A program made the translations under genes and the position numbers. DNA of 64,000 nt from Thermodesulfobacteriota bacterium (lineage in GTDB: Bacteria; Desulfobacterota_D; UBA1144; Nemesobacterales; Mycalebacteriaceae): positions 224,001-288,000 of the forward strand of contig OZ242184.1 of NCBI GenBank assembly GCA_965205855.1, in the 5' to 3' direction. Shown piece after piece: positions 19,190-29,623 of the stretch. Under the pieces are notes generated by a model. The model was not told the origin of the DNA. It did not search any database and saw only the letters and a list, made by a program, of their open reading frames with translations. Position 1 is the first letter of the stretch; each line of letters begins with the position of its first letter.

Positions 19190-22018
19190 ATGTTTCCCTC
19201 TGGAGATGTTTCCAAAACCCTCAAATCCCGCACAAACTCAGAAGTCCGTTTCCGCAAAATAGACAGAATCATTTACGCCACAGACGCGAGCAACTACCGG
19301 ATTGAGCCGCTCGGTGTCGTTATTCCCCGTACGGCGGAGGACATCGCCGAAACCGTGAAAATCGCCGGAGAGTTCGGGGTTTCCATCATTCCGCGCGGCG
19401 GTGGAACCGGGCTTGCGGGGCAGTGCCTCGGAAGTGGAATCGCCGTTGATATGTCCAAGTATATGGATGGGATTTTGGATATTGACGCTGAAAACAAAAC
19501 CGCCACCGTTCAGCCCGGCGTTTGTCTGGGGCGGCTTAATGCCGCCGCGGCGGAAAAAGGGCTTATGTTCGGCCCCGACCCCGCGAGCGCGAAGGTTGCC
19601 ACGGTCGGCGGAGTTATCGCAAACAACGGAACGGGAGCGCACTCTATTCTCTACGGAATGGCGGGAGACAACATCGTTGCCGCAAAATCGGTTTCCCATA
19701 CGGGAGACGAGGTCTCTTTTTCACCGCGAGGGTGTTCAGATGCGGCGCTTTCTCTTGCTCTTGAAAATTTCAAAAATAAAAACAGCGCGCTTATATCGCA
19801 AAAATTTCCAAAACACTGGCGACGGGCTTCGGGCTACAGCCTCAACTATTTTCTTGACGATGTTTTCAATCCCGCAAAATTGCTCGCCGCTTCCGAAGGC
19901 ACATTCGGGATTGCGACCGAGCTGACGCTCAAACTTGTTGAAAAACCGGCGCATAAAAGTCTTGCCATATTGCAGTTTGACAGTCTTTTCCGCGCAATTG
20001 AGACCGTTCCAATGATTCTTGAACACAACCCCTCGGCGGTTGAGTTGATAGACGGAATGCTTATCAGTCTCACGAGAAAGCATGGCGGTTTCGCGCGCCT
20101 TCTTTCATTCGTCAGAGGAGACCCTCAGGCGGTCCTCGCGGTTGAGTTTTTCGGCCGAGTGCCGGATGAATGCCGAATAAAAGCGGATGGATTTATCCGT
20201 TTTTTGAACGAAAAAGGGGTTGTATGCGAAAAGAGTCTAGCCCTTGAGGAAGAGGAACAATCCAGGATCTGGGAAGTAAGAACGGCGGGACTTGGACTTC
20301 TCATGAGCTCTCGCGCCCGCGTGAAGCCTGTTCCGTGCATTGAGGATGTGTCGGTTCCGGTTGCTTCCCTTGCGGATTACACGCGCGAAATATCTCAAGT
20401 GTTTGATTCTCTCGGACTTCAAGCGGGCTTTTACGCCCACGCGAGTGCGGGATGTCTGCATATCCGGCCCCTGATTGACCTGTCTTCGCGCAAAGGTGCG
20501 AAAATCATGGAGGAAATCTCGGACTTCGCGCTTGGGCTTGCGCTTAAATACGGCGGTGTTATGAGCGGAGAGCACGGGGACGGGCTTCAGAGAAGTTATC
20601 TCAATGAGCGGCTTTTCGGCGCGGAGTTATACGGGGCGATGACGGAGTTGAAAAACATCTTTGACCCGCCACACAGGTTTAATCCCGGAAAGGTTGTAAA
20701 TCCCGTTTACGGAGTCGGGGAAAACATGAGGAACGCAAACGGTGAGCGACGCGATTTCAACCCCGCGCTTAACTGGAGAGGTTCGGGAGGGATAGCCGCG
20801 GAGGCAGAGTCCTGCAACGGTCAGGGGCTCTGCCGTCAAATCGGGCAAGGGGCTATGTGCCCGTCTTTTATGGCGACCCGCGATGAGGCGCACACAACCC
20901 GCGCGCGAGCCAATCTCTTGCGTGCGGCGGTTTACGGAGAGGTAGGGCGGGATTTTCTTATGAGCGATGAGGCGGAGGAGGTTTTCGGCCTTTGCATCGG
21001 ATGCAAGGCGTGTAAAACTGAGTGCCCGTCTTCGGTAGATGTGGCAAAGATGAAGACCGAATTTCTCGCCCTCAGGGGAAAATATCTGGGCTTTTCGCTT
21101 GCCGACAGATTTTTCGCGGATATTCACAGCGTATCATCGGCGATGTCACATGCTCCGCTTGCGGCAAATCTAATTGCGCGTGCACTGTCTTTTACAAATC
21201 TGTTTGAACTTGCCGGAATAGACAGGCGGAGAGACTTTCCGGCAGTCTCTTCTCAGAGATTCAGCCGCTGGTTTTCATCGCGGGGCGGTTCTGCGCCGGG
21301 GGAGAAAAAAGCGGTTTATTTTCATGACACATGGGCGGAGTTTTTCAATCCGCAAACGGGCAAGGGGGCGGTCGGCATTCTTGAGGCTCTCGGTTACGAG
21401 GTTGTGATTGAAAAACGCAGAGTTTGCTGCGGCAGGCCGATGATAAGCCGTGGAATGATTGACAAGGCGCGTTTGAATGCGCAAATCAACATCGGGGTTC
21501 TCCACCCGTACGCGAGCCGTGGAATTCCAATAATCGGAACCGAACCCAGCTGTGTATCAATGTTCAGGGACGATTATTCGGACATTTTGCCGGACGATGA
21601 AAAACTGAAGACCGTTTCACGGATGTTTTCCACGCTTGATGAGTTTGTCCTGCCCCGCGCTGAGTCTCTTATCGAAAAAATTGACGCGCCTCCGGGCAGG
21701 GTTATGGCGCACACCCACTGTCACCAGAAAGCCGTCGGCGCAGACTCCGGTCTTCACTTGGCTTTACGCGCTCTCGGCTTTGAGTCGGTTGATTCCGGAG
21801 CCGGATGTTGCGGAATGGCGGGCGGTTTCGGCTATGAGAAAAAGCATTATGATATTTCTCATAAAATCGCCTCGGACAGACTTCTTCCCGCCATTGAGAG
21901 TCTTGAGCCCGCGCGAGTCTGTGTTACGGGGATTTCCTGCATGGAGCAGATACGGCATTTTTCTGCGACCAAACCCGTGCATTTTGCCGAACTCGTCGCG
22001 GAGCGCATCAGAGGCTGA
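19190..22018 (+). CDS. FAD-binding and Fe-S-binding oxidoreductase (GlcD/GlcF fusion, YdiJ / 2-hydroxyacid dehydrogenase-like)
   Basis: YATDASNYR, PRGGGTGLAGQ, HASAGCLHIRP, SGEHGDG, CNGQGLC, CIGCKACKTECP, CCG motifs. Confidence 0.9.
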   Translation: MFPSGDVSKTLKSRTNSEVRFRKIDRIIYATDASNYRIEPLGVVIPRTAEDIAETVKIAGEFGVSIIPRGGGTGLAGQCLGSGIAVDMSKYMDGILDIDAENKTATVQPGVCLGRLNAAAAEKGLMFGPDPASAKVATVGGVIANNGTGAHSILYGMAGDNIVAAKSVSHTGDEVSFSPRGCSDAALSLALENFKNKNSALISQKFPKHWRRASGYSLNYFLDDVFNPAKLLAASEGTFGIATELTLKLVEKPAHKSLAILQFDSLFRAIETVPMILEHNPSAVELIDGMLISLTRKHGGFARLLSFVRGDPQAVLAVEFFGRVPDECRIKADGFIRFLNEKGVVCEKSLALEEEEQSRIWEVRTAGLGLLMSSRARVKPVPCIEDVSVPVASLADYTREISQVFDSLGLQAGFYAHASAGCLHIRPLIDLSSRKGAKIMEEISDFALGLALKYGGVMSGEHGDGLQRSYLNERLFGAELYGAMTELKNIFDPPHRFNPGKVVNPVYGVGENMRNANGERRDFNPALNWRGSGGIAAEAESCNGQGLCRQIGQGAMCPSFMATRDEAHTTRARANLLRAAVYGEVGRDFLMSDEAEEVFGLCIGCKACKTECPSSVDVAKMKTEFLALRGKYLGFSLADRFFADIHSVSSAMSHAPLAANLIARALSFTNLFELAGIDRRRDFPAVSSQRFSRWFSSRGGSAPGEKKAVYFHDTWAEFFNPQTGKGAVGILEALGYEVVIEKRRVCCGRPMISRGMIDKARLNAQINIGVLHPYASRGIPIIGTEPSCVSMFRDDYSDILPDDEKLKTVSRMFSTLDEFVLPRAESLIEKIDAPPGRVMAHTHCHQKAVGADSGLHLALRALGFESVDSGAGCCGMAGGFGYEKKHYDISHKIASDRLLPAIESLEPARVCVTGISCMEQIRHFSATKPVHFAELVAERIRG

Positions 22019-22021
22019 GCT

Positions 22022-22189
22022 TCAACCCGTGAGAAAAGCGAAAATACCGCTTAAAACCGCGAGGCCGATAAAAATTCCCATCATGTAGAACGGGTAGTTT
22101 GTGTTATAGCCTTTCTTTATATTGGGAACACGCAACTGCCCCCATATTACTTCTTTTTTTTCATTTTGCGTTTTTTGTTCGTCAGTCAT
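22022..22189 (-). CDS. 55-aa protein with C-terminal TM helix
   Basis: Hand-translated MTDEQKTQNEKKEVIWGQLRVPNIKKGYNTNYPFYMMGIFIGLAVLSGIFAFLTG; fills the gap, co-oriented with CBS gene. Confidence 0.55.
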   Translation of the reverse strand: MTDEQKTQNEKKEVIWGQLRVPNIKKGYNTNYPFYMMGIFIGLAVLSGIFAFLTG

Positions 22190-22209
22190 GTTTTTTCCGC
22201 TTTATTAAT

Positions 22210-22680
22210 TTATTCCTGATTTGAAGGATAAGTGCCGAATGCGTATTGCTGGGTTATTTGAAGCTGGTATTGAAGGTTTTCAAGCATTGCTCTCTGCATA
22301 TTGCTCCATGAAAGAACTCCGTAGTATTTTCCTTCTTTGTCTTCAATTACAAGGTGCGAGATATTGTTTTGTTCAAACAACTCAAGACACTCGGAAAAGG
22401 TTTTCAAAAGGGTAACTTTGACAACGTCCAGCGTCATTATATCTCTGACTTTGACTTTGAGAGGGTCTCTTGCTTCCGCGACAATTTTGGTTGAGAGGTC
22501 GTAGTGGCTGATTATTCCGACCAGTTTTTCATTTTCCAAAACACCGGTCGCGCGAATTTTAAGCCGCCTCAGAGTCTCCGACGCATCCCTGACCCTGTCA
22601 TCCGCGCTAACGGAATAAAAAATCTCCCGATCTTTTATCATGTCGCTGACTGTGACCTTGTCAAGGCTTTTTCCCGCCAT
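22210..22680 (-). CDS. CBS-pair domain protein
   Basis: TVSDMI...LVGIISHYDL...KVRDIMTLDVV...ISHLVIED..YYGVLS. Confidence 0.85.
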   Translation of the reverse strand: MAGKSLDKVTVSDMIKDREIFYSVSADDRVRDASETLRRLKIRATGVLENEKLVGIISHYDLSTKIVAEARDPLKVKVRDIMTLDVVKVTLLKTFSECLELFEQNNISHLVIEDKEGKYYGVLSWSNMQRAMLENLQYQLQITQQYAFGTYPSNQE

Positions 22681-22727
22681 TGCTCTGATTCTCCCTTATA
22701 TATCCTATTCTATGTTTGTGCGTTAGG

Positions 22728-22759
22728 CAATTGAACGGTGTTATGATATATTTCAATTG
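22728..22759. promoter_or_regulatory. Inverted repeat CAATTGAA-N16-TTCAATTG in a divergent promoter
   Basis: Perfect 8-bp arms between the CBS and sulfurtransferase starts. Confidence 0.4.
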
Positions 22760-22804
22760 ATTGTTATTGCTTTTACAGGCGAAGTAACGTTCACCGGAGG
22801 CGAA

Positions 22805-23647
22805 ATGGCAGACTACAAGCATACAGAAGTTCTGGTTTCAACACAGTGGGTTGAGGAGCATAAGGACGATTCCGATGTTGTTGTGGTTGAGTCGGACGAG
22901 GATGTGCTACTTTACGAAGTGGGGCATATACCCGGCGCGATTAAGCTTGACTGGCAGGTTGAGCTTCAGGATCAAGTGGTTAGAGATTATCTCGCCGTTG
23001 AAAACTTTGAAAAACTGATGTCGGACAAGGGGATATCAAATGATTCAAAGGTTGTTTTCTACGGGGACAAGAGCAACTGGTGGGCATGTTACGCATTTTG
23101 GACTTTCAAGGTTATGGGGCACCGCAACTGTCTTATAATGAACGGCGGAAGACAGAAATGGATTGATGAAAAAAGAGAGATGACAAGGGATGTTCCCAAA
23201 ACCGGGAAGACGGAGTACAAAGTGGAAAAAATTGACGAATCCATAAGAGCTTTCCGTGAAGAAGTTATGGAGCATATGTCTTCGGGCGGAGCCCTTGTGG
23301 ATGTTCGCTCGCCGCAGGAATTTACCGGAGAGCTTCTTCACATGGAGGCATATCCGCAGGAAGGGTGTCTGAGAGGCGGGCATATTCCCGGCGCGAGTAG
23401 CGTGCCGTGGGCAAAAGCGGCAAATGAAGACGGCACTTTCAAATCGGCGGATGAGCTTGCGCGGATATACGGCGAGGAACAGAAACTGAACCCCGAAGAA
23501 GAAGTTGTTGTCTACTGCAGGATAGGGGAAAGGTCTTCGCACACATGGTTTGTTCTCACATACCTTCTCGGCTACAAAAGTGTCAAAAACTATGACGGCT
23601 CATGGACAGAGTGGGGTAACCTTGTCCGGGCTCCCATAGAGAGGTGA
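22805..23647 (+). CDS. Tandem-domain sulfurtransferase (rhodanese, SseA/CysA type)
   Basis: GHIPGA twice, active loop [18 protein letters not shown]; GGAGG RBS before ATG 22805. Confidence 0.93.
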   Translation: MADYKHTEVLVSTQWVEEHKDDSDVVVVESDEDVLLYEVGHIPGAIKLDWQVELQDQVVRDYLAVENFEKLMSDKGISNDSKVVFYGDKSNWWACYAFWTFKVMGHRNCLIMNGGRQKWIDEKREMTRDVPKTGKTEYKVEKIDESIRAFREEVMEHMSSGGALVDVRSPQEFTGELLHMEAYPQEGCLRGGHIPGASSVPWAKAANEDGTFKSADELARIYGEEQKLNPEEEVVVYCRIGERSSHTWFVLTYLLGYKSVKNYDGSWTEWGNLVRAPIER

Positions 23648-23648
23648 G

Positions 23649-24068
23649 ATGCGTCTCGCAGAGATTGTTGAGCAGTTCAGAAATTCCGATTTTCAGACTA
23701 CTCTTGACATGCTTGTGGACTACTCGGACGACCTGCCGCCGCTTCCGCAAAAATACATAAACGATATTGAGAATCCACAGAGCAGGATTCCCGAATGCGA
23801 AACCCCTGTTTCTCTCTGGGTTGAAGTGAACGGCGGGAAGGTTGAGATATACGCCCACGTGCCGGAAGAGTCTCCCACGGTACGGGGTTTTGTGTCAATC
23901 CTTATTGACGCATTCACGGGAGTTTCCCCGGAAGAAGTCGCGTCCGCTCCGGCAAATTTTTTAAACAGTCTCGGTCTTGATAAAAAACTCGGAACAAGAC
24001 GTATGTACGGGCTTGGCGCGGTCTATGCGAGAATCAGAAAAGAAGTCGCGGGAAAAGCCGGAAACTGA
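23649..24068 (+). CDS. sufE: SufE family sulfur acceptor
   Basis: LPPLP, IPECETPV (acceptor Cys), ESPTVRGF, RRMYGL. Confidence 0.85.
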   Translation: MRLAEIVEQFRNSDFQTTLDMLVDYSDDLPPLPQKYINDIENPQSRIPECETPVSLWVEVNGGKVEIYAHVPEESPTVRGFVSILIDAFTGVSPEEVASAPANFLNSLGLDKKLGTRRMYGLGAVYARIRKEVAGKAGN

Positions 24069-24071
24069 CAG

Positions 24072-24461
24072 ATGCTTCACCGCGAACTTATGGATATGCT
24101 GATGGACCATTACGAAAACCCCAGAAATACAGGTGTTCTGGCAAACGCTGATTTTGTCCAACACGGTGGACACTCGGGTTGTGGGGATACGATAACCGTT
24201 TATGTCAAGATGGACGGATGGGTTGTCAAGGATGTCAGGTTTGAGGGCAGGGGATGTATGGTAAGCCAAGCCGCCGCGTCTCTCATAACCTCAAAGATCG
24301 GGGGTCAAAATGCGGAAGAGGTTCTTGTAACCGGCAAGGAAAGCATGATTGATATTCTCGGCAAAGAAATAGTTGTGCGTCGTCCCCGGTGCTCAATGCT
24401 CGCTCTGGATACCATCAAAAGCGGGCTGTTGAGGATAAAAAAAGAAAGAGACAGAGTTTGA
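24072..24461 (+). CDS. SufU/IscU-like (NifU N-terminal) scaffold or sulfur carrier
   Basis: MDHYENPRNTG, CGD, FEGRGCMVSQAAAS, RPRCSML. Confidence 0.88.
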   Translation: MLHRELMDMLMDHYENPRNTGVLANADFVQHGGHSGCGDTITVYVKMDGWVVKDVRFEGRGCMVSQAAASLITSKIGGQNAEEVLVTGKESMIDILGKEIVVRRPRCSMLALDTIKSGLLRIKKERDRV

Positions 24462-24476
24462 CAGGCGTTGTTCAAA

Positions 24477-25271
24477 TTAAACTGCGGTGGCAATCACAGT
24501 AACCGCAACCGCAATTCTGTAAATGACAAAAGGAGTGTAATTTCCGCTTCTTGCCATGTTTAGAAGAAACCTTATCGCGACAATCCCCGTAATCGCGGCG
24601 ATTGTAAATCCGAGGATAATTTCATCAGCTTCCGCAAACGGGAACCCATTTTCCCAAAGCCTGTGAGCCATTGCCGAGGCAATTGCCGGAACGCCCATCA
24701 TAAAGGCGAATTTTGCCGAATCCTCTCTTGTGTATCCGAGAAACATTCCTCCGGCTATTGAGATGCCTGATCTTGAAACCCCCGGCACAAGGGCGAATGA
24801 CTGCGCAATGCCGAGGAGAATGCAGTCGCGTAGCGAAATCCCGTCAATTCGTTTTGTTTTTCCCGTCATTCTGTCTGCGGCAAAAAGAGCCGCGCTGCCA
24901 GCAAGCAGGCCGCCCGCCACCGCAAGCGGTTGTCTTAGAATCCCCGCGACCGCGTATTCAAAAACCAGCCCCGCCGCGACTGCCGGCAGGACTGTAATCA
25001 GCAGTCCCGCGCCCATCTTTGCCTCATGGCTTTCCAATGAGCGGCTTGCAAAAGAGCGGAAGACTCCGCGCGTAATGTTCGCCCAGTCTTTTTTGAAATA
25101 TACAAAAATTGCCGCCAGGGTTCCCGCGTGAAGCCAGACCGTAAGGTCAAGTCCTCCGTCTTTTCCGTAAGCCAGCCACGAAAAAATTATCAGGTGCGCC
25201 GTGCTACTGACGGGAAGAAACTCCGTTATTCCCTGAACAACTCCGAGAGCCGCCGTTTCAAATCTTCCCAA
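24477..25271 (-). CDS. uppP: Undecaprenyl-diphosphate phosphatase
   Basis: QGITEFLPVSSTAHL and PGVSRSG motifs; multi-TM. Confidence 0.93.
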   Translation of the reverse strand: MGRFETAALGVVQGITEFLPVSSTAHLIIFSWLAYGKDGGLDLTVWLHAGTLAAIFVYFKKDWANITRGVFRSFASRSLESHEAKMGAGLLITVLPAVAAGLVFEYAVAGILRQPLAVAGGLLAGSAALFAADRMTGKTKRIDGISLRDCILLGIAQSFALVPGVSRSGISIAGGMFLGYTREDSAKFAFMMGVPAIASAMAHRLWENGFPFAEADEIILGFTIAAITGIVAIRFLLNMARSGNYTPFVIYRIAVAVTVIATAV

Positions 25272-28025
25272 TCAGTTTGCTCCCTTTTTTTTCAGAATTT
25301 TTTTCAGATAGCTTCCGGTTTTTGACCGTCTTTCGCGCGCAACCTCTTCCGGGGTTCCCGCCGCGACTAACCTTCCTCCGTTTTCCCCTCCTCCCGGTCC
25401 CAAGTCCACAAGATAATCGGCGCTTTTGATTATGTCGGTGTTGTGCTCTATTACAATCACCGTGTTGCCTTTGCGAATAAGTTTTTCAACCGCCTCAAGC
25501 AGGTTTTTTACATCGTTAAAATGCAATCCTATGGACGGTTCATCAAGGATATAAAGGGTTTTTCCGGTAGCTTTGTGTGATAGCTCCTTTGCTATTTTGA
25601 TTCTCTGCGCTTCCCCTCCCGAAAGGGTGTTGGCTTCCTGCCCAAGTTTTATGTATCCGAGTCCAACCTGTTCAAGAACGCTCAGTTTCCGGCTTATCAC
25701 CGGAATGCTTGAGAAAAACTCCGCCGCCTCGCAAACCGCCATATTCAGAACCTCGGCGATGTTTTTGCCTCTGTATGTTATCTTAAGCGTTTCTTTTCCG
25801 TAGCGTTTTCCTCCGCACTGTTCGCATGTTGTATAAACGTTGGGCAGGAAGTGCATTTCCACTTTTACGCTTCCTTTTCCGTGGCACAGGCCGCAACTTC
25901 CGTCGCTCACATTGAAGCTGAACCGTCCCGCCCCGTAGCCGCGTGTCTTTGACTCGGGAAGCATCGCGAACAGCTCCCTTACGGGGGTAAAAATCCCCGT
26001 GTATGTCGCCGGATTTGACCGCGGGGTTCTTCCAATCGGAGTCTGGTCTATCCTGATAATTTTGTCCACACTCTCCGCCCCGGAGACGGATATGTAACCG
26101 TCTCCGGCTTTGATTCCCCGGCGCGCCGCTTCAATCGCCGGACAAAGCGCCTTGTGCAGCAGGGTGCTTTTCCCCGACCCGGAAACTCCCGTAATGCAGG
26201 TGAACACTCCCACGGGAAACGATATGTCCAGATTGGCGAGATTGTGCTTTGCCGCCCCTTTCAATTTCACAAATTGCTCCGGTTTTCTTCTTTCCCGCGG
26301 AGTGTCTATGGATTCCCTGCCGGACAGGTATTTTCCGGTCAGCGAATTCTTGCATGACATCAGGTCCTTAACGGTTCCGCATCCGGTTATCTCTCCGCCG
26401 TGCCGTCCGGCTTCCGGGCCCAAGTCCAGCACAAAATCGCTGTTTCTTATTATGTCCTCGTCATGCTCAACAACCACAACCGTGTTGCCGTCATCCCTAA
26501 TTGATTTCAGTGTCCGTATCAGCTTGTCGTTGTCGGACGGATGCAGCCCTATGGACGGTTCGTCAAGCACATATGTAACACCGGTCAGTTTGGAGCCCAG
26601 TTGAGTCGCAAGCCGAATCCTCTGCGCCTCTCCTCCCGAAAGAGTGTTGGCGGAGCGGTCAAGGGCCATATAGCCGAGTCCGATTTCTCTGAGAAAGCCG
26701 ATTCTTGAAACTATTTCGCGCACAACAGCGCCGCCGATTTCAGTTTCATATTTTCCAAGTTTGAGTTTCTCAAAAAAACTCGCCGCGCGGTTCACATCAA
26801 GGCGCGAGATGTCATAAATTGTTTTTCCGTTCAGAAGAACCGACAGACTTTCTTTTTTTATTCTCGCGCCGTCGCATGAATCGCAACGCGCGGTTTTCAT
26901 GTATCCGGCAAGTTCGGTCTCTACCTCTCCCGATGAGGTTTCTCTCCGCCACTTTGACAGCGCTCCGATAACTCCGGGAAAGCCGTTGTTTCCGTAAAGA
27001 ACCGTCCGCCGGGTTTTTGCCGGAAGTTTGCCGAACGGGATTTTTGTGCTGAACCCGTGGTAAGCGGCGGTCTGTTCCATAAGCCGCTTGTGATACGGGG
27101 AGTTTTTCCACGGATTTACTGCCCCCGCTTCTATTGACAGCGAGGGGTTGATTAGCAGCTCCGGATCAAAATCCGTTGTTGTTCCAATCCCCGAACACTT
27201 CCGGCACATTCCGTAAGGGCTGTTGAAGGAGAAGATTCTGGGCGATATTTCCCCGAACGTCGCTCCGCACGACGGGCAGGAGAAGGTTTCGCTGAAATTG
27301 ACGGTTTTGCCTTTGAGCAAACAGACGGCGTTGCCTCCCGATTTGCGAAGAGCAAGCCCGAGAGAATCTTCCAGCCTTTTCCTTGATCTGTCCCCCGAAA
27401 CTTTGACAACATCCACCACGACCTCGATATTGTGCGCTTTGTTTCTGTCCAGAACTATTTCCTCGTCAAGGTCTCTCTCCGTTCCGTCAATCATGGCGCG
27501 CACAAAGCCCTCTCTTCTCAACTCCTCCAGCTCTTTGCGGTATATGCCTTTCCTTCCCCTGACAATGGGAGACATTATCGTTACTTCCTCTCCGTTTTCC
27601 TCGGTTATGATTCTTTCTGCCATTGAATCGACCGTCTGCGCGCTTATTTTCTCGCCGCACCTGTGGCACACGGGCTTTGCCACGCGCGCGAAAAGCAGCC
27701 TCATAAAGTCATAGATTTCCGTTATTGTGCCGACCGTTGAGCGCGGGTTGCGGTGAAAGGTTTTCTGATCAAGGGATATTGAAGGCGAGAGCCCGTCAAT
27801 AAAATCCACATCGGGCTTTTCAAGCTGCTCAACAAACTGCCTTGCGTATGCCGACAGAGATTGAAGAAATCTCCGTTGCCCTTCCGCAAACAGGGTGTCA
27901 AACGCGAGGGACGACTTGCCCGAGCCGCTTACCCCCGTGATGGTAACAAGTTTTCCGCGCGGGATTTCCACGTTGATATTTTTAAGATTGTGGCTTTTTG
28001 CGCCCTTTATTCTGATAAAACCCAA
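25272..28025 (-). CDS. uvrA: Excinuclease ABC subunit A
   Basis: Two GVSGSGKS Walker A, two LSGGEAQR signatures, Zn fingers; TTG start. Confidence 0.97.
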   Translation of the reverse strand: MGFIRIKGAKSHNLKNINVEIPRGKLVTITGVSGSGKSSLAFDTLFAEGQRRFLQSLSAYARQFVEQLEKPDVDFIDGLSPSISLDQKTFHRNPRSTVGTITEIYDFMRLLFARVAKPVCHRCGEKISAQTVDSMAERIITEENGEEVTIMSPIVRGRKGIYRKELEELRREGFVRAMIDGTERDLDEEIVLDRNKAHNIEVVVDVVKVSGDRSRKRLEDSLGLALRKSGGNAVCLLKGKTVNFSETFSCPSCGATFGEISPRIFSFNSPYGMCRKCSGIGTTTDFDPELLINPSLSIEAGAVNPWKNSPYHKRLMEQTAAYHGFSTKIPFGKLPAKTRRTVLYGNNGFPGVIGALSKWRRETSSGEVETELAGYMKTARCDSCDGARIKKESLSVLLNGKTIYDISRLDVNRAASFFEKLKLGKYETEIGGAVVREIVSRIGFLREIGLGYMALDRSANTLSGGEAQRIRLATQLGSKLTGVTYVLDEPSIGLHPSDNDKLIRTLKSIRDDGNTVVVVEHDEDIIRNSDFVLDLGPEAGRHGGEITGCGTVKDLMSCKNSLTGKYLSGRESIDTPRERRKPEQFVKLKGAAKHNLANLDISFPVGVFTCITGVSGSGKSTLLHKALCPAIEAARRGIKAGDGYISVSGAESVDKIIRIDQTPIGRTPRSNPATYTGIFTPVRELFAMLPESKTRGYGAGRFSFNVSDGSCGLCHGKGSVKVEMHFLPNVYTTCEQCGGKRYGKETLKITYRGKNIAEVLNMAVCEAAEFFSSIPVISRKLSVLEQVGLGYIKLGQEANTLSGGEAQRIKIAKELSHKATGKTLYILDEPSIGLHFNDVKNLLEAVEKLIRKGNTVIVIEHNTDIIKSADYLVDLGPGGGENGGRLVAAGTPEEVARERRSKTGSYLKKILKKKGAN

Positions 28026-28049
28026 GACGCGACAACTCTACACTTTAAT

Positions 28050-28898
28050 TCACCCGCGCGGAGTCATCGCTTCAAGACGGGCTATGCGCTCCGCGGTCGG
28101 AGGGTGGGTGCTGAAAAGTTTTGCGAACCCGCCTCCAATCGCCGGACTTACAATCATCATATGAGATGTGCTTTCCGCCGCCTGTTCGCTCACATTGAAG
28201 GGAATCTGCTTTGCGAGTCTGTCCATTTTTCTCAAGGCATCCGCGAGGAACATGGGATTTGAGCATATCACGGCTCCCTCTCTGTCGGCTCCAAACTCCC
28301 TTGTGCGCGATATGGCAAGTCTCACTATTGTCGCCGCGAGCGGAGCCACAATTGCCATTGCGAGAAGAACGAAGATGTTGCCTCTGCCCCTTCCTCCGCC
28401 GAAGATAGCCGAGAACTGCGCAATCCAGGCTATGTAACTGATTGCCGCCGCGATTGTCGCCGCGATTGACCCTATCAGGATGTCGCGATTTTTTATATGG
28501 GCGAGCTCATGCGCGAGAACGCCTTTGAGTTCATGTCTTTCAAGGATTCTGACAATTCCGTCCGTTACCGCGACCGCCGAATGGGACGGGCTTCTCCCCG
28601 TGGCGAATGCGTTGGGGGATTTTTCGGGAACCGTGTAAACCTTCGGCATCGGAAGCCCCGCATTTTGCGCAAGCTCCCGCACATCGGCGTAAAGTTCGGG
28701 GTGGGTTTGTTCGTTCACTTCACGCGCCTTATACATTTTCAGCACGATTTTGTCGCTCCACCAGTAGCTTGCGAAGTTCATAATCCCCGCGAACACAAGG
28801 GCGATAACGGCTCCCTGTTGTCCGCCGAACGCTCCGCCGCACCAGACAAGTATTGCCGAGAGGAGAGCGAGCAGGATAACGCTTTTCAAAGTGTTCAT
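28050..28898 (-). CDS. htpX: Zinc metalloprotease HtpX
   Basis: [29 protein letters not shown]. Confidence 0.94.
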   Translation of the reverse strand: MNTLKSVILLALLSAILVWCGGAFGGQQGAVIALVFAGIMNFASYWWSDKIVLKMYKAREVNEQTHPELYADVRELAQNAGLPMPKVYTVPEKSPNAFATGRSPSHSAVAVTDGIVRILERHELKGVLAHELAHIKNRDILIGSIAATIAAAISYIAWIAQFSAIFGGGRGRGNIFVLLAMAIVAPLAATIVRLAISRTREFGADREGAVICSNPMFLADALRKMDRLAKQIPFNVSEQAAESTSHMMIVSPAIGGGFAKLFSTHPPTAERIARLEAMTPRG

Positions 28899-28917
28899 AG
28901 TTTTGTCTCCCTGCGCG

Positions 28918-29407
28918 TCAATAAGACGCTGATACTATTATAGTCACAAGCGGTTGCGGCGCAATGTTTCCGATTGGGCGATTTTGCCGTTCTTCCTTAG
29001 CCTCTTTTTTCCGCAGATACTCCGCCATGCTATAGTAATCCTCATCCAAAGCTCTCTTTAAGGGTGTATCTTTCCACCGATCACACTGGTTGATGTTTGC
29101 ACCGGCTTCATCCACCAGATATTCAAACAAAATTCTGTTACCATGGGCTATAGCACGGTGCAGTAAGCTGCCCCATAGATAATAGCAGTTAGCCCTTATG
29201 AAGTCGGGGACCAACTTTTTAAACTCTTGAAATCATACTCTAATTGAATATACCCGTCACCTCACTTTTAGCAGATTCCTGTTCCTCTTTTGTCTTCCAC
29301 TTTTCTAAGCCCTTGTTTGTAAAACACTGTCTATCGGCTTGAGCCTTGGGTAACTCCTAACCGGTGACTAAAAAAAAGAATAGGCCTACAAATAAAAGTT
29401 TTCTCAC
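28918..29407 (-). pseudogene. Degraded secreted ankyrin-repeat protein
   Basis: AAGGAG RBS, GTG 29407, signal-like MRKLLFVGLFFFLVTG then TAG (29357-29359); second TAG (29240-29242) and frame change; ankyrin units SLLHRAIAHGNRILFEYLVDEAGANIN..DTPLKRA. Confidence 0.7.
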
Positions 29408-29623
29408 AACTTTTCTCCTTATCTTATTGTTACCTTATTAACCAATTATTTTATACTTTACAGTTTGTAACTGCGAAGTTTTTGCCATTATGGGCCTTGG
29501 TAGGCTTATCTGTATGCCCCACAATATATAAGATACCGGGGTATGGGATTTGCCGTCCTTCCGCTTTGCGTATTTTGACCTCTCCGCCTGTTTTCTTTAC
29601 AATCCCGCAGTTTGGTTGCGGAG

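Noticed and set aside
28918-29407. Stop-codon reassignment or readthrough explaining the in-frame TAG/TGA in remnants
   Set aside because: Core genes end normally at TAG, TGA and TAA, and the remnants also contain frameshifts
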